A DNA stretch of 64,000 nt from positions 60,700,001 to 60,764,000 of the forward strand of contig NC_045697.1 of NCBI RefSeq assembly GCF_009834535.1, given 5' to 3'. Positions 1 through 14,324 of this stretch are shown here, in pieces; the stretch's first letter is position 1; each line of letters opens with the position of its first letter. The position numbers and the translations under genes are program-made. Below the pieces are notes generated by a model. The model searched no databases, was not told where the DNA came from, and saw nothing but the letters and a program-made list of their open reading frames with translations. The DNA is from Camelus ferus. Lineage: Eukaryota.

Positions 1-714
1 TCTTAATGAGAGGCTTTTCAGTGTCTCATACTAACAGGTTTTTCAGGGCCAAATGCACCCTTTTCAATAATGGCAAGGTTTAGGACCAAGGTTCCCTTAG
101 CTTTCCTCCTAATTCAGCACAGAAATAAAGATAACACTTGACCAGAGAATCCTGTAAATATAATTTCCCAGTAGTTTCAATATATCAAGTACTTCTGAGG
201 ATTTTCTTGTAAAATTATTTTAGAAACAGGGATCTCTCATCAGATCCAATCCATTATTTTTAGTGTGAATGATTAAGACTATTAAGAGAACCTCAGTAAC
301 AAAAGGAATAAAAAAGAAAGGAAATAAAACAAAGCTACTGATTTGCAACATGCATTAAGGGATAAAAAGGACTGAGATATTGTACAATATGTAAAAAGTA
401 GCTGAAAGAAAGAAAGGAGCAGCCATAAAGTCTGAAAAATATGTAGAGATTTTTAAGACACACACACACATACAAAGGACAAGAAGTTAGTATCTTATGA
501 GAGTCCCAAACTTAGCTCAACTTGATGGTGAACTATTTTCTACTCTTGCATGACAACTTGAGGATTACAAAAATTTTCAATAGTGATAGGAATAATTTTA
601 AACTTGACATTTTATCAAATCATTTATTTCAAAAGCACCTCTAAAACTAGTATTTGTCCTTTCTCAGTATCCCAATCTCCAAACTTTAATATAAGCTCTG
701 TCTAGGATGTCAGA

Positions 715-1063
715 GATTCAGATTACTCTCATTATGCATTGTCCATTTTTTATTTTTGGTAAAGTCTACATTACCCATCTTCTTTGTAGCAAGATTCAGC
801 CATGTGATTTAGTTCTGATCAACGATATGAAATCATGTGTGCAATTTTCAGGTTATTCCTTCAAAAAGAAAGAAGCATGCCAGATGTAAGATTCAGCAAG
901 CAAAAAATAAGAGAACACCTTTCCCCAGCACCCTGGAGATGCCAGGTCTACTCTGACCTTTTCAGACGTTCTTATAAGAGAGAGAAATAATCTTCTGTCT
1001 TGTTCGCCATTGTTTCTCTTGGGTCTTTTGTTGCAATCATTAAGCCTGTATTCTAACTAATAC
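715..1063 (+). mobile_element. Old MaLR LTR (MLT1I/J/K-like), internally deleted
   Basis: MLT1-type motif cagccatgtgatttagttctgatcaacgatatga and 3' end gagagaaataatcttctgtcttg...ttctaactaatac. Confidence 0.7.
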
Positions 1064-3969
1064 TTGAGATCATAGCTAGGTAACTATTTTTTGGATAGTC
1101 TTCAAAATTTAGTTTCTGAAATTAAAGAGTCCATAACTATTACAAAAAATTATCTTTATTTAAGAAATTTGCCACTTCAGTTTCCTAGAAATAAAGCAAC
1201 TGCTTTATTTTGTTTTTGGAAAAGTGAGTGCAGATCTGAATATAAATGCTGAATGTTGGATTATTATCTATAAATTCAAATTATAGCTAGGTAGATGGTG
1301 AGACATAACAGTCTGTGCCAATGAAGAATGTTAAAAACACTGGTACCCAGGAAGCATTATTTAAGGGTAAATAATCCAAACATAAGAAGAATTCCCCTTG
1401 TGATAGGGAAGGCAGAGTTCTTCCCCTGTAGTTAGCGTATTTATCTTCAAAAAATTAACTTTGTCCATAAGCTTGGGCTTTGGATTCAGGTGAATGACAG
1501 GAAGGACCTGTTTTCTGCTACTGAAGGGCTCTTTACTGCAGTATGAAGGCCCTGGAATTTCTATCTTCATTAGGAAAGTAAGGCGCCCTGGAGATAGAAT
1601 TTAAAATGTATGACTCTAAATACAACCATTGCACATAATTCTCTAATTTACTCTCCATGCTATATTTCTAGTTTATCTTAAGGTATTCAATAAAGCTTTG
1701 TGAAACACTAGCTTGGTTTCAGAGAAATTTTGGAGAGTTGAGGATCACCTGTGTTTGTGCTTAAAGAAAAAATGATACTGAGCTGGTAATCAGCTTGAAG
1801 ATATGAGAATGTAAAGATGGATCTATAAAGTTCTTGAATAAGCAAAATTTACAGTATCAAGAGTGCACAGAGTTGTGTAAAATAGATAACGTGTAAAATA
1901 GATACTTGAGACTGCCTGGAAGAACTTGAGGGAGAAAAATGACAGGAAAAAGATTCGTTCTTCTGGAAAATTGAGACAAGAACAAGGGAAGAAAGAACAA
2001 TTCAGTTGTAAGTCGTAATTATCAGTGCAAACAACTCTTAAAGTAACATTAGGGTGTTAGTAACATAATCAAATCTTCACCCCCCCTACTCCAGTGTAAT
2101 AATAATAATCGGAGGTATCTGATTCATTCTCTCTCTCTCTGTCTTTTATCTCTTTCTTGATTTTGGTATCTTGCTCTTGCTCTTTCAACTTTTTTCCCTT
2201 AAAGTCTATTTTGCACAAAATTCTAAACCTCTCTTACATTGCGTTCTCCTTCATTCTTTATAGTTTACTTATCACAACACTCTGTCACGTGGATTATGAG
2301 CCTAGATCACTTTTGAATGGAGAAAGGAGTTGCATTAAGGCATGATAATCACAGGGCAAAGAACTTAATCAATACAGCATGAAAATCTTAGGTGAAAGAC
2401 ATAACTCTTCAGGATCTGAAGTCATTTGTGACTTGAAAAGTCATACTTCTTAACATACTAAAACGTAATCACGTCACAGAACAATGAACTAATACTCTCT
2501 AAAATAACTGCATTAAATATTACTTACAGCTAGTCTAAAGTGAATTATGCAATGCAAGTTAGATGGATTTATTTATTTAATGCATACTATCAAGCTAATG
2601 AAAAGGTATTTACAGTAACAAATCCACTATCCATAAAAGAAAATAAAAACAACCACTGGAATATATTTCAAGTGTGTAACTCAGTGCTTTAAAAGTGGTC
2701 TTAGGTAATTATTGAGCTAACTTTATTGGTGGAAACCTATAAACCTACTGGGCTACTGGGTGGGTGAGGCATTGTAGGTTGTCTACTTCTCAATTAATTA
2801 GACTCACACTCTGTATTAATGTTTTACATGTTGCTGGACTGGATTTTCTACCCCCATCCATTCTTAGTATAATAGACAAAATCAAAATTATAGAGGTGTC
2901 CTTACTATTATAGAGGTATTCTTAGTAACATGAGAGAAAGAAAACTTTTGTTACACAACAGCTTAAAAAGGTACAATAACGATTACAAGAAAACAGTATG
3001 TCCCAGTCTCGTAAATATTTCATAACAACACTGGAATCAGAATGGCCATTGCTATATAGCTCATTCTCCACTTATAGAAATACTTCTTGAATAGCACATT
3101 CCCACTTTTATCATGGGAGAAAGTAGATGGAACCAACTGACCGAGAGCCAAAGCCTAAGCCCAGAGTGACCTCAGCAAGAGGAAAAGGATTATTCCAAGT
3201 TTATAAAAAGAGAAGAGGGATGAGGAAAGAGAAAAGATCCTGTGACAACTGTCTTGAGTAGCTTCAGAATGGTAAGCGCACACCAGAATGGGAAATATCT
3301 TCTAAGAATCAGTTTGAAGTAAAAGATCCATTGATGGGAGAGAAAAAGTTCAAAACCTACAACACAATGACACCTACTACACAATGACATCACATTCTGA
3401 ATCACATTTGTCATTTACCTGGACTTTTCCATCAAGGAAAGCACAATTTACAGGGGTGCACCAGATGGTATAACCATGTTTTCTGTGTTTGTTTGTACGT
3501 GGTTTATACAGGAAACAAACTTTCAAGATGGCACTAGTTTGCATTTTGCCTTACTAGTTTGCATTATCCTTTCACGGGCACTTCAATATTCATCTATCTC
3601 CACTGCAAATTTTCCTCTGAATTTACCCTTACCTAAGAATTACACAATCTCCATTCCATGACTTCTACCTGTAAATCAGCTATAGGTTTTTAAAATCATT
3701 TCACATAAAATCATTTTCTTTCTAAATAACACGTAAGATATAGTCTTTCTAAAAGATACACCTTTTTTCTTCTCTTCTCATCAAAATTTTAGAAATCTTT
3801 TTGATCTTGAAAAGATAGAGCCAACTTCAGTAAGTGCAAGGCAATATCCTATGCATTTTTGATAGATTTAAACCTTCAAAAACCCTCTTAAATAGTTCCT
3901 ATTATTTTTTCTATGTGGTAATAAGTAAATATTATTTTTGTTACTCTTTTACACAATTTTAAGGTTTTC

Positions 3970-4181
3970 TTTTTTTCAGTAAAGTATAGGTGACTGACAA
4001 TATTATGCTAGTTTCAGGTGTACAATACAGTGATTTGATATTTTTATAGATTACATACTATAAAATTATTATAAAATATTGACTGTATTCCTTGGGCTGT
4101 ACATGATATCCCTGTGGTATTTATTTTACAACTGGTAGTTTGTACCTCTTAATCCTCTTCACCTATTTTGCCCTTCTGCCC
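3970..4181 (-). mobile_element. L1 3' UTR fragment (L1MA9/Laurasiatherian type)
   Basis: Poly-T followed by aagtataggtgactgacaatattatgctagtttcaggtgtacaatacagtgatttg, the reverse complement of an L1 3' end. Confidence 0.8.
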
Positions 4182-4339
4182 AAAATTGTTCTTATTATTA
4201 ATTCACATTTTAAATGTGATGACATGGGGTTTAACTTACTTAAAATTAGTTTTATTCTACTGTTACTCAACTCCTTCTACCTGTTTTGATTATAATTGCA
4301 ATTCCATTAAAATCATTCATTAATTTTCAGGCTGTTTAA

Positions 4340-4552
4340 AATTTTAGAACTTATTTGTCTTATAAGTGGAAGTCTGTACCTTTCGACGACCTACATCCAA
4401 TCCACCCTGCCCCTACTCTCCGCCTCTGGTAGCCACAAGTCTAATTTCTTTTTTTTATGAGTTTGTTTGTTTTCTGAAGTAAAATTGACTTAAAACTCTG
4501 TGTTAGTTCCTGGTGTACAACATAGTGATTGAATATTTCTATATATTTCAAA
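4340..4552 (-). mobile_element. Second L1 3' UTR fragment (L1MA9-like)
   Basis: agaacttatttgtcttataagtggaagtctgtacctttcgacgacc...cctctggtagccacaagtct...gttagttcctggtgtacaacatagtgatt. Confidence 0.75.
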
Positions 4553-4569
4553 GTGAGATTTTTTGGTAG

Positions 4570-6483
4570 TAACTTCATAAGGTCTCAGAGTTTATTTGGG
4601 GCTGGCCTCAAAATTACAGTGAGGATATTTTTACCTTTGATGGTCTGTAATTTTTCAATAACTTTAGACTTCACCACTCTTTAAAGGTCAGTAGATCTCA
4701 GCTCTGGAGGCTTTTCCTAGGGTTATTTTAAAATGGTAAAACTTTAATCACCTTTTCAATATCTCCAGTGGGTTATCCAAGGATTCTCTGTATTCTTGGA
4801 TAAGTTTGATTTGCCAGGAAAGCAGCCACTGCCCCTTAGAGTACAAATTTATGGTCAAGATCTTGTATATAATATTCTCTTACAAATTTTAGAACTTCAT
4901 ACATAGTGATTCTTGCCCTTTTGCATTTTTCATTTTTGTTAATATGTGATTTCTAATTTCTAACCAAATTTGCAAGGGATTTATTTGTGAGATTATTTAG
5001 GAAAATAGATTTTTGGCATATTTTCTACATTTTTTGTTTTAATTTCATTGATTTTAATTCTACTAATTTTGTCTTCACATTATTTTTTTTCCTAAAGTCT
5101 TCCACTGCATGACTAGTTACTTCATATTCATTTTTTCTTTGAGTATATGTACTTTTAAATAAGGCTCACTGATTTTGATATGAAGTATGAGGTTTTTACT
5201 TAATTCCTTTCATCTTTTTATCCTTGACATGATGAGCTACATTTTAGGCAAATTCTTTTTATCATTTTCCAATTTATGAATTTACATTATGATTATGTCC
5301 TATGGAAAATTTATCTTGTTTGCTGCATGATTTATTTCCACAGACTTGGTTTTCATTTGCTTCTCTTCTACACAAACCAGGTTTTATTAATGACTTATTT
5401 TTAAATGAAAATGTTCCCTTCCTTTCTCTCCTTAAAAAATTTCAGTACATTTATTTTAAATTTAATTTTAGATTTTTCTATATTAATTTTTACATAATAG
5501 GATTTATGCTTTGATAATATTCTGGCTTTCTCTCTATTGTGTATTTTGTTTTGAATGTTGTTATGCTGAATCATTTGAGTGGATGATCTTTTTTTTTTTT
5601 TTTTTTAACTATTTGGGGGTTTTTAAAAATCTCTCAGTTTCTTTTATTGCCCCTCTAGGATCACCTCTCTTTTTTTGCAGTTGCCTCCTCAGATACCACG
5701 TTTTTAAAATCTCTTTAGAATTACTGCCCTGCAGTGATTTGGGTTTATCATGGATAATGTCACTAAGTGTGTAAGTATTGTGACTTGACACCACATGATC
5801 AGGTAGCATGGATGCAGAGGTCAAGGAGGGAGGGTACTCTAGCTCTGTCTCTGAACAGGATACCTGGACCCCATTCTTCCCCTCTCATGTGGCAATTTTT
5901 AACCTTCTTCATCTAGCAGAAACTAGAATTCCTTTCCTTCTAGGTATAATTCCACACACGGAGTCTATCATATTGACTTCTTTTTCTATTTTTCACACAA
6001 AAGAGTTAACTGTTTATTTGACCTTATCTGCTTTTGTTTTTCTTCATTTTATATTTTGCCTGCCATATTTATGTGTTTAGAGAGGATTACAGAAGTATGA
6101 ACTCACTGTATCATTTTTACTGGAATCTCTATCTTTTTTATTCTTTGGAACAGTTAAAATAGCAAAGAAACAATGTATTTCTCAAAGGTTGGTAAAAATG
6201 CTCAGCTGTGTCTCCTCCAAAATAAATAAAAGCACTATTGTTAGACTTCTGCCTTATTGTCGACAGCTGTGATATATATTAAATTTACTTTTACATCAGT
6301 GCTATATTCTACTTTCTATTTTTTGAGATTATATTTAGATTTTTTTTATAGAAAATCATTCATTTTATTTATATACAGATTAAAATGTTTCTACATTATA
6401 TTGTTTTAATGTTTTTTATCCTTGCTATTTTCATAATTTAATTCCTCCATTGCTCTAATATCATTTGGTTTAGTTTGGGAGGA

Positions 6484-6544
<61 letters not shown>

Positions 6545-6600
6545 TCAATGTATAGGTGTTTTTTCCCAATTCCTCCATATATGTTTAATATCTAAACTTT
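4570..6600 (-). mobile_element. Cluster of highly decayed L1M5/HAL1 fragments
   Basis: T-rich antisense L1 ORF2-like text at ~4570-5110 and ~6140-6600; HAL1/L1ME-like 5' end at ~6080-6130 (gaactcactgtatcatttttactggaatctc). Confidence 0.45.
6488..6541. repeat. (AT)n microsatellite, 27 units
   Basis: Uninterrupted AT run read directly. Confidence 0.98.
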
Positions 6601-6759
6601 AGAATTAATTCATTTACATAAATATATATATATGTTAATGAAGAGTCAAGCTTTGCAAATATGCAAAGGATTCCTGACCAAAATACACTTCTTTTCTTTT
6701 TTAATACAAAGATAAATATCTAGTAAAATGATGTGTCTCTGGATACATATGATTTTGGG

Positions 6760-7720
6760 GAAAAAAAAGCAAAATACAGAAGATAGCATGAATAAGGATA
6801 AATTAAAGAATACTCACATATCATTTACCCAGATTTACCTACTGTTAATATTTTGCCTAATTTACTTTATTACTCTGTATGTGTGTGTGTGTGTGTGCAC
6901 ATGTGTGCATTTAATTTCCTTTTTAATAATTTAAGATTGAGTTTCATGGCACTTTACCCCTAAGTAACAGTTCACCATGCATTTCCCAAGAATAGGGCTA
7001 TACTGTTACATAATTAAGATAGAGTTACCAAGGAAATTTTTGATATTATACTTTGTGTCCATATTCTGATTTTTTTCCAGTTGAACCCATCATGTGCTTT
7101 TCTCATTTTTTTTTTTTTTTTTTTTCATTCCAGTGCAGGGGATGTGATTGTACTTGTTGCCATGTCTCTTTAGTCTCATTTACACTGGAATACAGTAAGA
7201 GCCTTTTTGTGACTTTTTCTAGTGGCATTTATAAGAAAAAGCTTTTCTGAAAAATAGAAAGTTCATTATTTGGGCTTTATTTGATGTTTTCTATGAATAG
7301 ATTCAGATTATGTATCCCTGGACAAAACACTCCATAAGTGACATTGTGTTCTCAGGACATCATATCTGGACACACATGATATTCATTTACCCCTCACTGG
7401 TGATATTAATTTTGTTCATATAGTCACAGTCTCATGCAATCTCTACTGGATACTTACATATACTTACACTATGACTAAGTAAATAAATTGTTGTCCTTAA
7501 ATATTTCCCTAAGCAAAAGCCCTTCCTTCTCCACCATCTGTCTAACTATTTTTCTATCTATCCATCATATATATACTTATTTATCAATAAATATTTATTT
7601 ATGTATTTATTTGAGTACTGGTATACATGCACTGATATATTTTTTACAATTGCTTATGTACCATTTTTGTACTTAATTCTTTTGATATTCAAATTGTCCA
7701 ATATTTGCCTAATGGAGGAT
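6760..7720 (-). mobile_element. L1MC4/L1MC5-type 3' end
   Basis: catttacccagatttacctactgttaatattttgcc; catggcactttacccctaagta; gttgccatgtctctttagtctc; tttgatattcaaattgtccaatatttgcc. Confidence 0.7.
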
Positions 7721-8634
7721 TTTTCTCATTTCACTGATAATCTAGGAGAGAATAACGGTAAATATGTATAATTTGGACTGTCATTTACAATAAAAAATTT
7801 TTACAGATTAATTTTAATTTTCAAAAACATCTAACTAAATGAATTAGTTTTTAGATATATTCAGAGCATATCACACCCTTTAATAATAATCATCATGACT
7901 AAAATAAGGCATTCAATTTTATCTGTTTAGTGTCCTTAAGTAATAGAGCACCAAAATTCACCCAGTCAACATTTCCAAGATAGAAGAAAATGTATTCATA
8001 CCTGACAATGCTATTAAAAACTGTGTTCACAAAATGTCAATATTTTACAACCTGTAGTATGCGTTATTTCTAATGAGTGCCAAGTAAATATAATTTATTT
8101 ACTAGAACAATATCTTTTGAAAAAGAATAATTATCTATTAAATAATGCATGCCTTGATATGTTAAAATTCTGATATATTTATACATTCATAAATCATAAT
8201 TCAACTTATTAGCAATTAGGCTACACTATGTAGAATCAATTGTCTCCTCAGCTGTTGCTTCTCTTTAATTCTATTCGAAAATACTCAAAAAACAACTTAA
8301 CTGCAAAAATTCATAGTATTTTCAACTTTGGGCTGACAAAATACTGCCAAGCACTATGAGATCTTTGGTTGTAAGAAGACCAAAGTTGGAAAATAGGGCT
8401 CAGTGTCCTTTCCTGGGAATACTTGTATTTATAAAAGTTTATGTGATTTTTCTCTCAAGGCTATGTGGAGTGAAGTGAAAGTGATTGTGAATATTGAGTC
8501 ATGTCTTTGTATATATGGGTTGAGAATAAAATAGAAAAGAATTTTATTTTGTTTGGTTCAGTTTGGAGAGAAGCAGAATCAGATAAATTATACTAAGGCA
8601 CACAGTGGAAAAAATAGTATTAAGAGATGCTATG

Positions 8635-9035
8635 GTATTTTTCTTTCTCTTGCTGGCTTATTTCACTTAGAATGATCATGATATCACTTATGTGTGGAAT
8701 ATAAAAACAAAACAAAACAAAAGACACAAATAAACTTATTCACAAAACCACAACAGACTCACAGACATAGAGAACACACTTATGGTTTACCATGGAGGGA
8801 AGAGGATGGGAAGGGATAAACCGAGAGTTTGAGATTTGCAGATACTACTATATTTTAAATAGATAAACAGCAAGTTCATACTGTAAAGCATAGGGAACTA
8901 TATTCAATATCTTACAGTAATCTATAGTGAAAAAGAACATGAAAACAAATATATGTATGTATATGCATGACTGAAACATTATGTTATTCACCAGAAATTG
9001 ATGAAACATTGTAAACTGACTATACTTCAATAAAA
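8635..9035 (+). mobile_element. Young 5'-truncated, 5'-inverted L1 (camelid-type 3' UTR)
   Basis: 3' UTR ends gtaaactgactatacttcaataaaaaa; 13-bp TSD aagagatgctatg at 8622-8634 and 9036-9048; 8635-8676 is inverted L1 sequence. Confidence 0.92.
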
Positions 9036-9429
9036 AAGAGATGCTATGAATAATTATATTTATATAATTACACAGGATTTGAGAATCGGAGTCCCGGCAA
9101 CTTATAGCTCAATAACAGATGTAAAGACAAGTGTAGGTTGAAGCAATTCCAGGAAATATCCAACCCAGATACATATTGTGGAAGGTGTAATGTATGATTC
9201 AGGAAATACAGCAGACTACTGGGATCAATCCTCCTGTTGACAGCAACTTAAATGCAGGATTAAAAAAAAATTATTAAATGAAAAAGACGAAAAAGAAGCA
9301 AATAATCATCATGATATAAACTAAAATAAAGTGTGATTACAGATAAGACAACATAGGTTTTGATAAATTTTGTGAGCTACAGAGGAAACAGCCAAGAATT
9401 CTGACTAGGAATCTACCCATTATTCTTCC

Positions 9430-9870
9430 AAAACACATACCCCAGGAGAGTGGAAGACAATTTCTTTGTTGTTGAATAGAACAAAGAAGTATGTTCCAGA
9501 GAAACCGGAGCCAAAAGGCGGCCTTTGCAGTCCTAATTTATTATACTTACAGGATCCAATTAAACCTTTAAGTCATATGCTCAGGTTAAGTTGATATGGG
9601 ACTGGATGTGCCCCTGTATACTTGGTACAGCAAGTGCAGTCTCTCTGAAAACACAAATAACTTTATCTGGGCCCTGTGAAATCCCTACTTACATTTTTAG
9701 CAGTGAATGGTAACAAAAAAATCCATGAAAGCATGTAAAACATGACACCATAATAAAAAATCACCAATAACAACAGATACCAGGAGTTTGAAAGATTACT
9801 CAGATTTGAAATTTGTATTTTCTGATCATAGTTACATTTTATCAAGACTTTAAAAAGTACTAACAAAAAG
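9430..9870 (+). mobile_element. Old L1ME/L1M5 5'-end (pre-ORF1/ORF1) fragment
   Basis: aaaatccatgaaagcatgtaaaacatgacaccat...ttactcagatttgaaattt resembles L1ME 5' ends; very diverged. Confidence 0.4.
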
Positions 9871-9914
9871 TAGTACATAAGTTTTTTTAGGATGTTAATC
9901 ATTATATGTGCATA

Positions 9915-10070
9915 CAGTTGTCCTTCCATATCCATGGGTTTCACATCTGGGGATACAGAGGGCCAACTGTATGTATTGTATTTTGCCATTTTATATAAGG
10001 GCCATCTGTGGATTTTGCTATCTGTGGGAGCCCCTGGAACCAATCCCCTGTGGATACCAAGGGACAACTG
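9915..10070 (-). mobile_element. MER2/MER2B-like TcMar-Tigger MITE
   Basis: Terminal inverted repeats cagttgtcc...ggacaactg; TA at 9913-9914 and 10071-10072; internal TIR-like copy ggatacagagggccaactgta; body resembles MER2 (ggattggttccagg, tataaaatggc on minus). Confidence 0.88.
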
Positions 10071-10989
10071 TATACTATTTTTCTTCTAGCAACACTATAT
10101 GACATATAAATATCTGTAAACAGCATATGTATAGAAATATACATATATATCTATATGTACATATATTGTACATACATTCTAGCTTGATTCTAGTTGTTCA
10201 TTATCTTTTTTCACATTATCTTTTGGAAAATAGTAATTCTATCAATTTTCTCTTTTCAGATTCATTATTTTTTACTCTGTATTTCATTATTACCTTTTCT
10301 CATAGTTCAGGTTTGCTTTATTGTTTATATTTCAATCTCTTGAATAAAACATAATTTTTCACTTTAATACACTCTTGTTAATAAGTAAAGAAAAAGGATA
10401 CTATTTTGACGAGATGATCATTATTTTCTAATAAATATAATTATAGTTTTGATTTTCCTTGGTCCATCAGTTTCACTATTACTGTTTTAAAATTTTTCCA
10501 AATAATCATTTTATTAACTCCATGATTAAAATTATATTGTAATTTAGAAAATATCTTGTATGATTTCTCCTTTTTGCAACATACAGAGATTTTCATCAAC
10601 TATAAAAGTTCAAGAACAGGTTGCACACTACATAAAGTATGAATTTTAAAAGATGTATTATTATTGTTATTGCTGCTATATAATTGTGCTCACTCATTTT
10701 ATTATTGAAATTTTGAGCACCATGTAACTGAATCTCACCTCAATTGTTAATCTTTCATTTTCTTCTTGATTTCATCCATTTAAAAAAAATTTTACATACT
10801 TATATGTACTTTTATTATGTGTAGAAATTCATTCTACAAATTCATAATTTCACCAAACCTTTGTTAATTTCACCAAACCTATTTCTTATGAAATATTTAA
10901 ATATTTAAACAATATGCCCATTATTAAATTTGCTAACATAACTTGTAACAAAGAAGGACAGAGTAGAACAGATGGATAATAATTATGCT

Positions 10990-11438
10990 TGGTGTCCCGA
11001 GAATCCTCCCTGCCTTTCAGAGCTATGCTCTACTCTGCTCTGTGCTCTGAGAAGCTGACTATGTGCACTTGCTTCTCTCTTTGGCCCTCTGACTTCAGAT
11101 CATGTCTGCCCAACAGGAAACACCAAATGCAGATCAGAAAGAAAACGGAATTCAAGGTATTCCTCAGTGTTGCCGCTGAGTGTCTGCAACCCTGGTTGAA
11201 GAGCCATAGCTCCCTCTCTAAGCAGCCTTCTCCACACATCCCCAACTCCCTCTGCTTCACTTAAGGCTGAAGAGTGTTAATTTTGAGCTGCTGTTCCCAG
11301 CCCAATGTCACTGCATTATCTTTTGAAGTTTTCTCACAACTTTCCAATAGTTTTTGTACACAGCCCCTTAAAATAAAATCTTCCAATGGCCCATCTCAGA
11401 TGTTCCATTTGTTTATGGCCAGGACCCTGACTGATATA
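10990..11438 (+). mobile_element. LTR33-like ERVL LTR
   Basis: ctgctctgtgctctgagaagctgact...ggccctctgacttc...gccatagctcc; 3' end ccatttgtttatggccaggaccctgactgata. Confidence 0.8.
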
Positions 11439-13944
11439 CCAGAACATTTTCTTGCAAATCACTAGGCCTCATGGAAAGCATTATCTCAAACACATGTTTT
11501 CCAAACAATTTTAATTCCTTTTCTTGTGTTTCTATGTCAAATTATGAAAAAAGAAAGTAAAACCCTTATATATCAAAGATCAGCATTTAGTAAGGTTCTG
11601 GGAAAGAGTCTGGCATGTAAAACCTCAAATTAATTAAGTGATTAGAGGAATAAGATAGGTTAAAAAAATATGGGTCCAAAGAAAAGAAAATAATGGGAGA
11701 GAATTAAAAAAGGGTTCAAAGCATTGAAGGAAAGGAAAAACTTTTCGATAAAAGATAATCAAAGTCAATAGGAAAGACTACCAGAGATGGATAGCTGCTT
11801 TTAACAAAAGTGAACAATTTAAAGCATTAACAAAGGTGAAAATATATATTTTTTCAAATGCAACATAATTAGCATTCAAAAGGTATAATGGAACCAGCAC
11901 CAAAGGAGCTCAACTAATTACGAGTGGGACTAATTCTGATTGGGAAAATGGTTTTTTATTAGATAATTCAAACACAAATAAGTTACCATGTACTGATAAG
12001 CAAAAGATACAGCAAAGGACTCCTTGCTCTGATTTTAAAAACAAAAGAGATTTCCTTTTGGAATTTGTATTTAAAGTCTTTATGCTTCACAAATACTTTC
12101 AGGAATTTACATTTGAAGGGAAACCTAACAAACTGGAACAAAATGACAATGTTTTGGTTACCATTATTTTTTCTTTCTGTATATAGGAGGAAAGCAATTT
12201 GATTACTTCACGTAGATAAATGTAGGACAAATGAAATAAATACATGTAAATTAGCAACCTAAGACTAAGTATTTTAGAAATATATAATCCAGAAATTCTG
12301 TAGGTATGTTTAAGTGAATGTAATAGACACTTTTTCTTAAGTAGTTATAAAGACATACTTGACAATGCCTCTAGCTTTTGAATAAATCATCCTGAAACAG
12401 AAATAGCTCTGTGCCTGCTATCTTGATACTAGGCTACAACGACCACAAAGCCAGTGTTTATTTTTCATTCCTACATACATTTCATTAAGTAATAGGCAGG
12501 AAGATTCTTATGGATAAACTCTGTACATTAGATATTTAAAAACTGTTCTCAAAATATTTAGAGTAATTATAGCCTGGTTACATTAAATTTAAAAGTATGT
12601 CTCCAGCAAAGGCTAGTGCAGCAATTTTGGAAACTTGTTAAGGTAGTAAGAACAACTTTATGCCATTGTAAGCAGTTTCTAGACCAACCAGCAAGGATAA
12701 TTTGTGTCTGAAAAATTTAAACACATTTGTGCAGAAGTGTTTCATTTGTGCATGTCTGCATACACGCTTGCCTGAACTGAACAAGGAGGAATGATTGATT
12801 AATAAAAAGAAATGTCATTCCAGAAGAGACACAGTGAAAAGTGAAGCTTTAAAAGTAAAATGGGCAAATATCAGGGGAAAATAGGTGACATTTAGAGTAT
12901 GTTGTACTCTTCAATGAATACATGGACATACCACTTTGGTTAAATCATTATCAGTAGCATACATTTTAGGTTTAACCTCAACCACACAGTATATTTTGAT
13001 TGCATTTCCCTTCTTGTATGTCTTTGTATTTTTTCCAGTATTCATAAAAACCTAATTTATTTTCATTTTGTTGTATGTGTTCCAGGTAGATTTTCTCCCA
13101 ACTCTCCAACAGCTTAAACTTTTTCTCAAAATAGTCAAAAGCATCGGTCCAATTCTTTTTTTTTTTTCAGTGTGATTACTTCCTGGTTATATGCATCCTA
13201 AAGTTATCTATCCTCCTATTCCAAACAATATCAGTGGCCTACAGGTCTGTCCCACAGATGTCTCTCTGGGGTTTTGTTTTCCTGTTATTTAGTAAAATCC
13301 CTTTGCCCTCTTTTCTATTGGATCCACTGTTTCCTGTATGTATTATCTTCCTATTTCTCAATCTTGTTTCATTTTCATGGAGCACATCTCCAGGGACTTC
13401 TAGGGGAAGGGTACATAGGAGAAAGTTTTGAAAAATGCTACACATCTAGTATATCTTTACATTTCCTTTATATCTAATAGATAATTTAGCTAGCATACTA
13501 AATTCCATCAGAATTTTAAAGGCATTATATTTTAATTTGCATCACCTGTATTTCTCTCAAGACGTTAATACGATTTTCATTTGTATTCCTTCATATTGTG
13601 GTCTGTTAGTTATTCTTTCCTCTCTTTGGAAGTTCTCAGAAACTACTCTTTATCCTGGTGCTCTGGCCTTTCTTGGTTATGCACTTTGGTGCGTATCTTT
13701 TAAAATTCACTTTATTGGGCTCTAAGTGGGTCCATTCAATTCTGAGAACTAGTCTTCTGTTATTTTTTAATAAGCTGCTCCCCTCCTTTCTCTCTTTCCA
13801 GAAGTCCCATGATTAGATATTTGATCTCCAGGACTGAGCACTGATTTTTCTTATATTTGGAGGGCCATTTTCATCCCTCTTTCCTCCACCTTCCCCCTAC
13901 ACACTGTTTTGTAGAATTCTTTAGAAATCTTTTCATCACAAATA

Positions 13945-14290
13945 GTTTCATGCTGGTAAATATTTAATAACCAGCTTTGTGGCAAAATGTATGCATGTAA
14001 ATGTGCACGCATGTTTGATTTAAATTTTATTAATGTAAAAGATGTGTAGTATGAAACTTACAAATAATACGACATGAAATACTCAATTTTGAATTCCAAA
14101 TAGCAGTTGATTCTCACAGAATGCTTTTAATTGGTTTCTGCAGGATTCTTTAATCTGTACCAAACTTAGGGTTGTGATTCATAAAACACTGTACCAACAT
14201 GAATATTGCTTGATATATTAATTTACTTTAATGAGTAAAAGAACAAAGACATATGTTGGGAACCTCACTCATTTATCAATGAATGACATG
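13945..14290 (-). mobile_element. MER63C/D-like hAT-Blackjack fragment
   Basis: tgctggtaaatatttaataaccagc terminus and gttgattctcacagaatgcttt match the reverse complement of MER63. Confidence 0.75.
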
Positions 14291-14324
14291 AGATAAAAAC
14301 AAAAACAAAAACAACAAAAAACAC

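Noticed and set aside
1875..1904. Short tandem duplication gtgtaaaatagata x2 (similar cases at 2887-2926 and 10845-10880)
   Set aside because: Two-copy 14-20 bp microduplications are common slippage or repair products; there is no array or spacer structure and it is not CRISPR-like
9663..10144. Four overlapping ORFs
   Set aside because: They are explained by the GC-richer MER2-like MITE, which lowers stop-codon density
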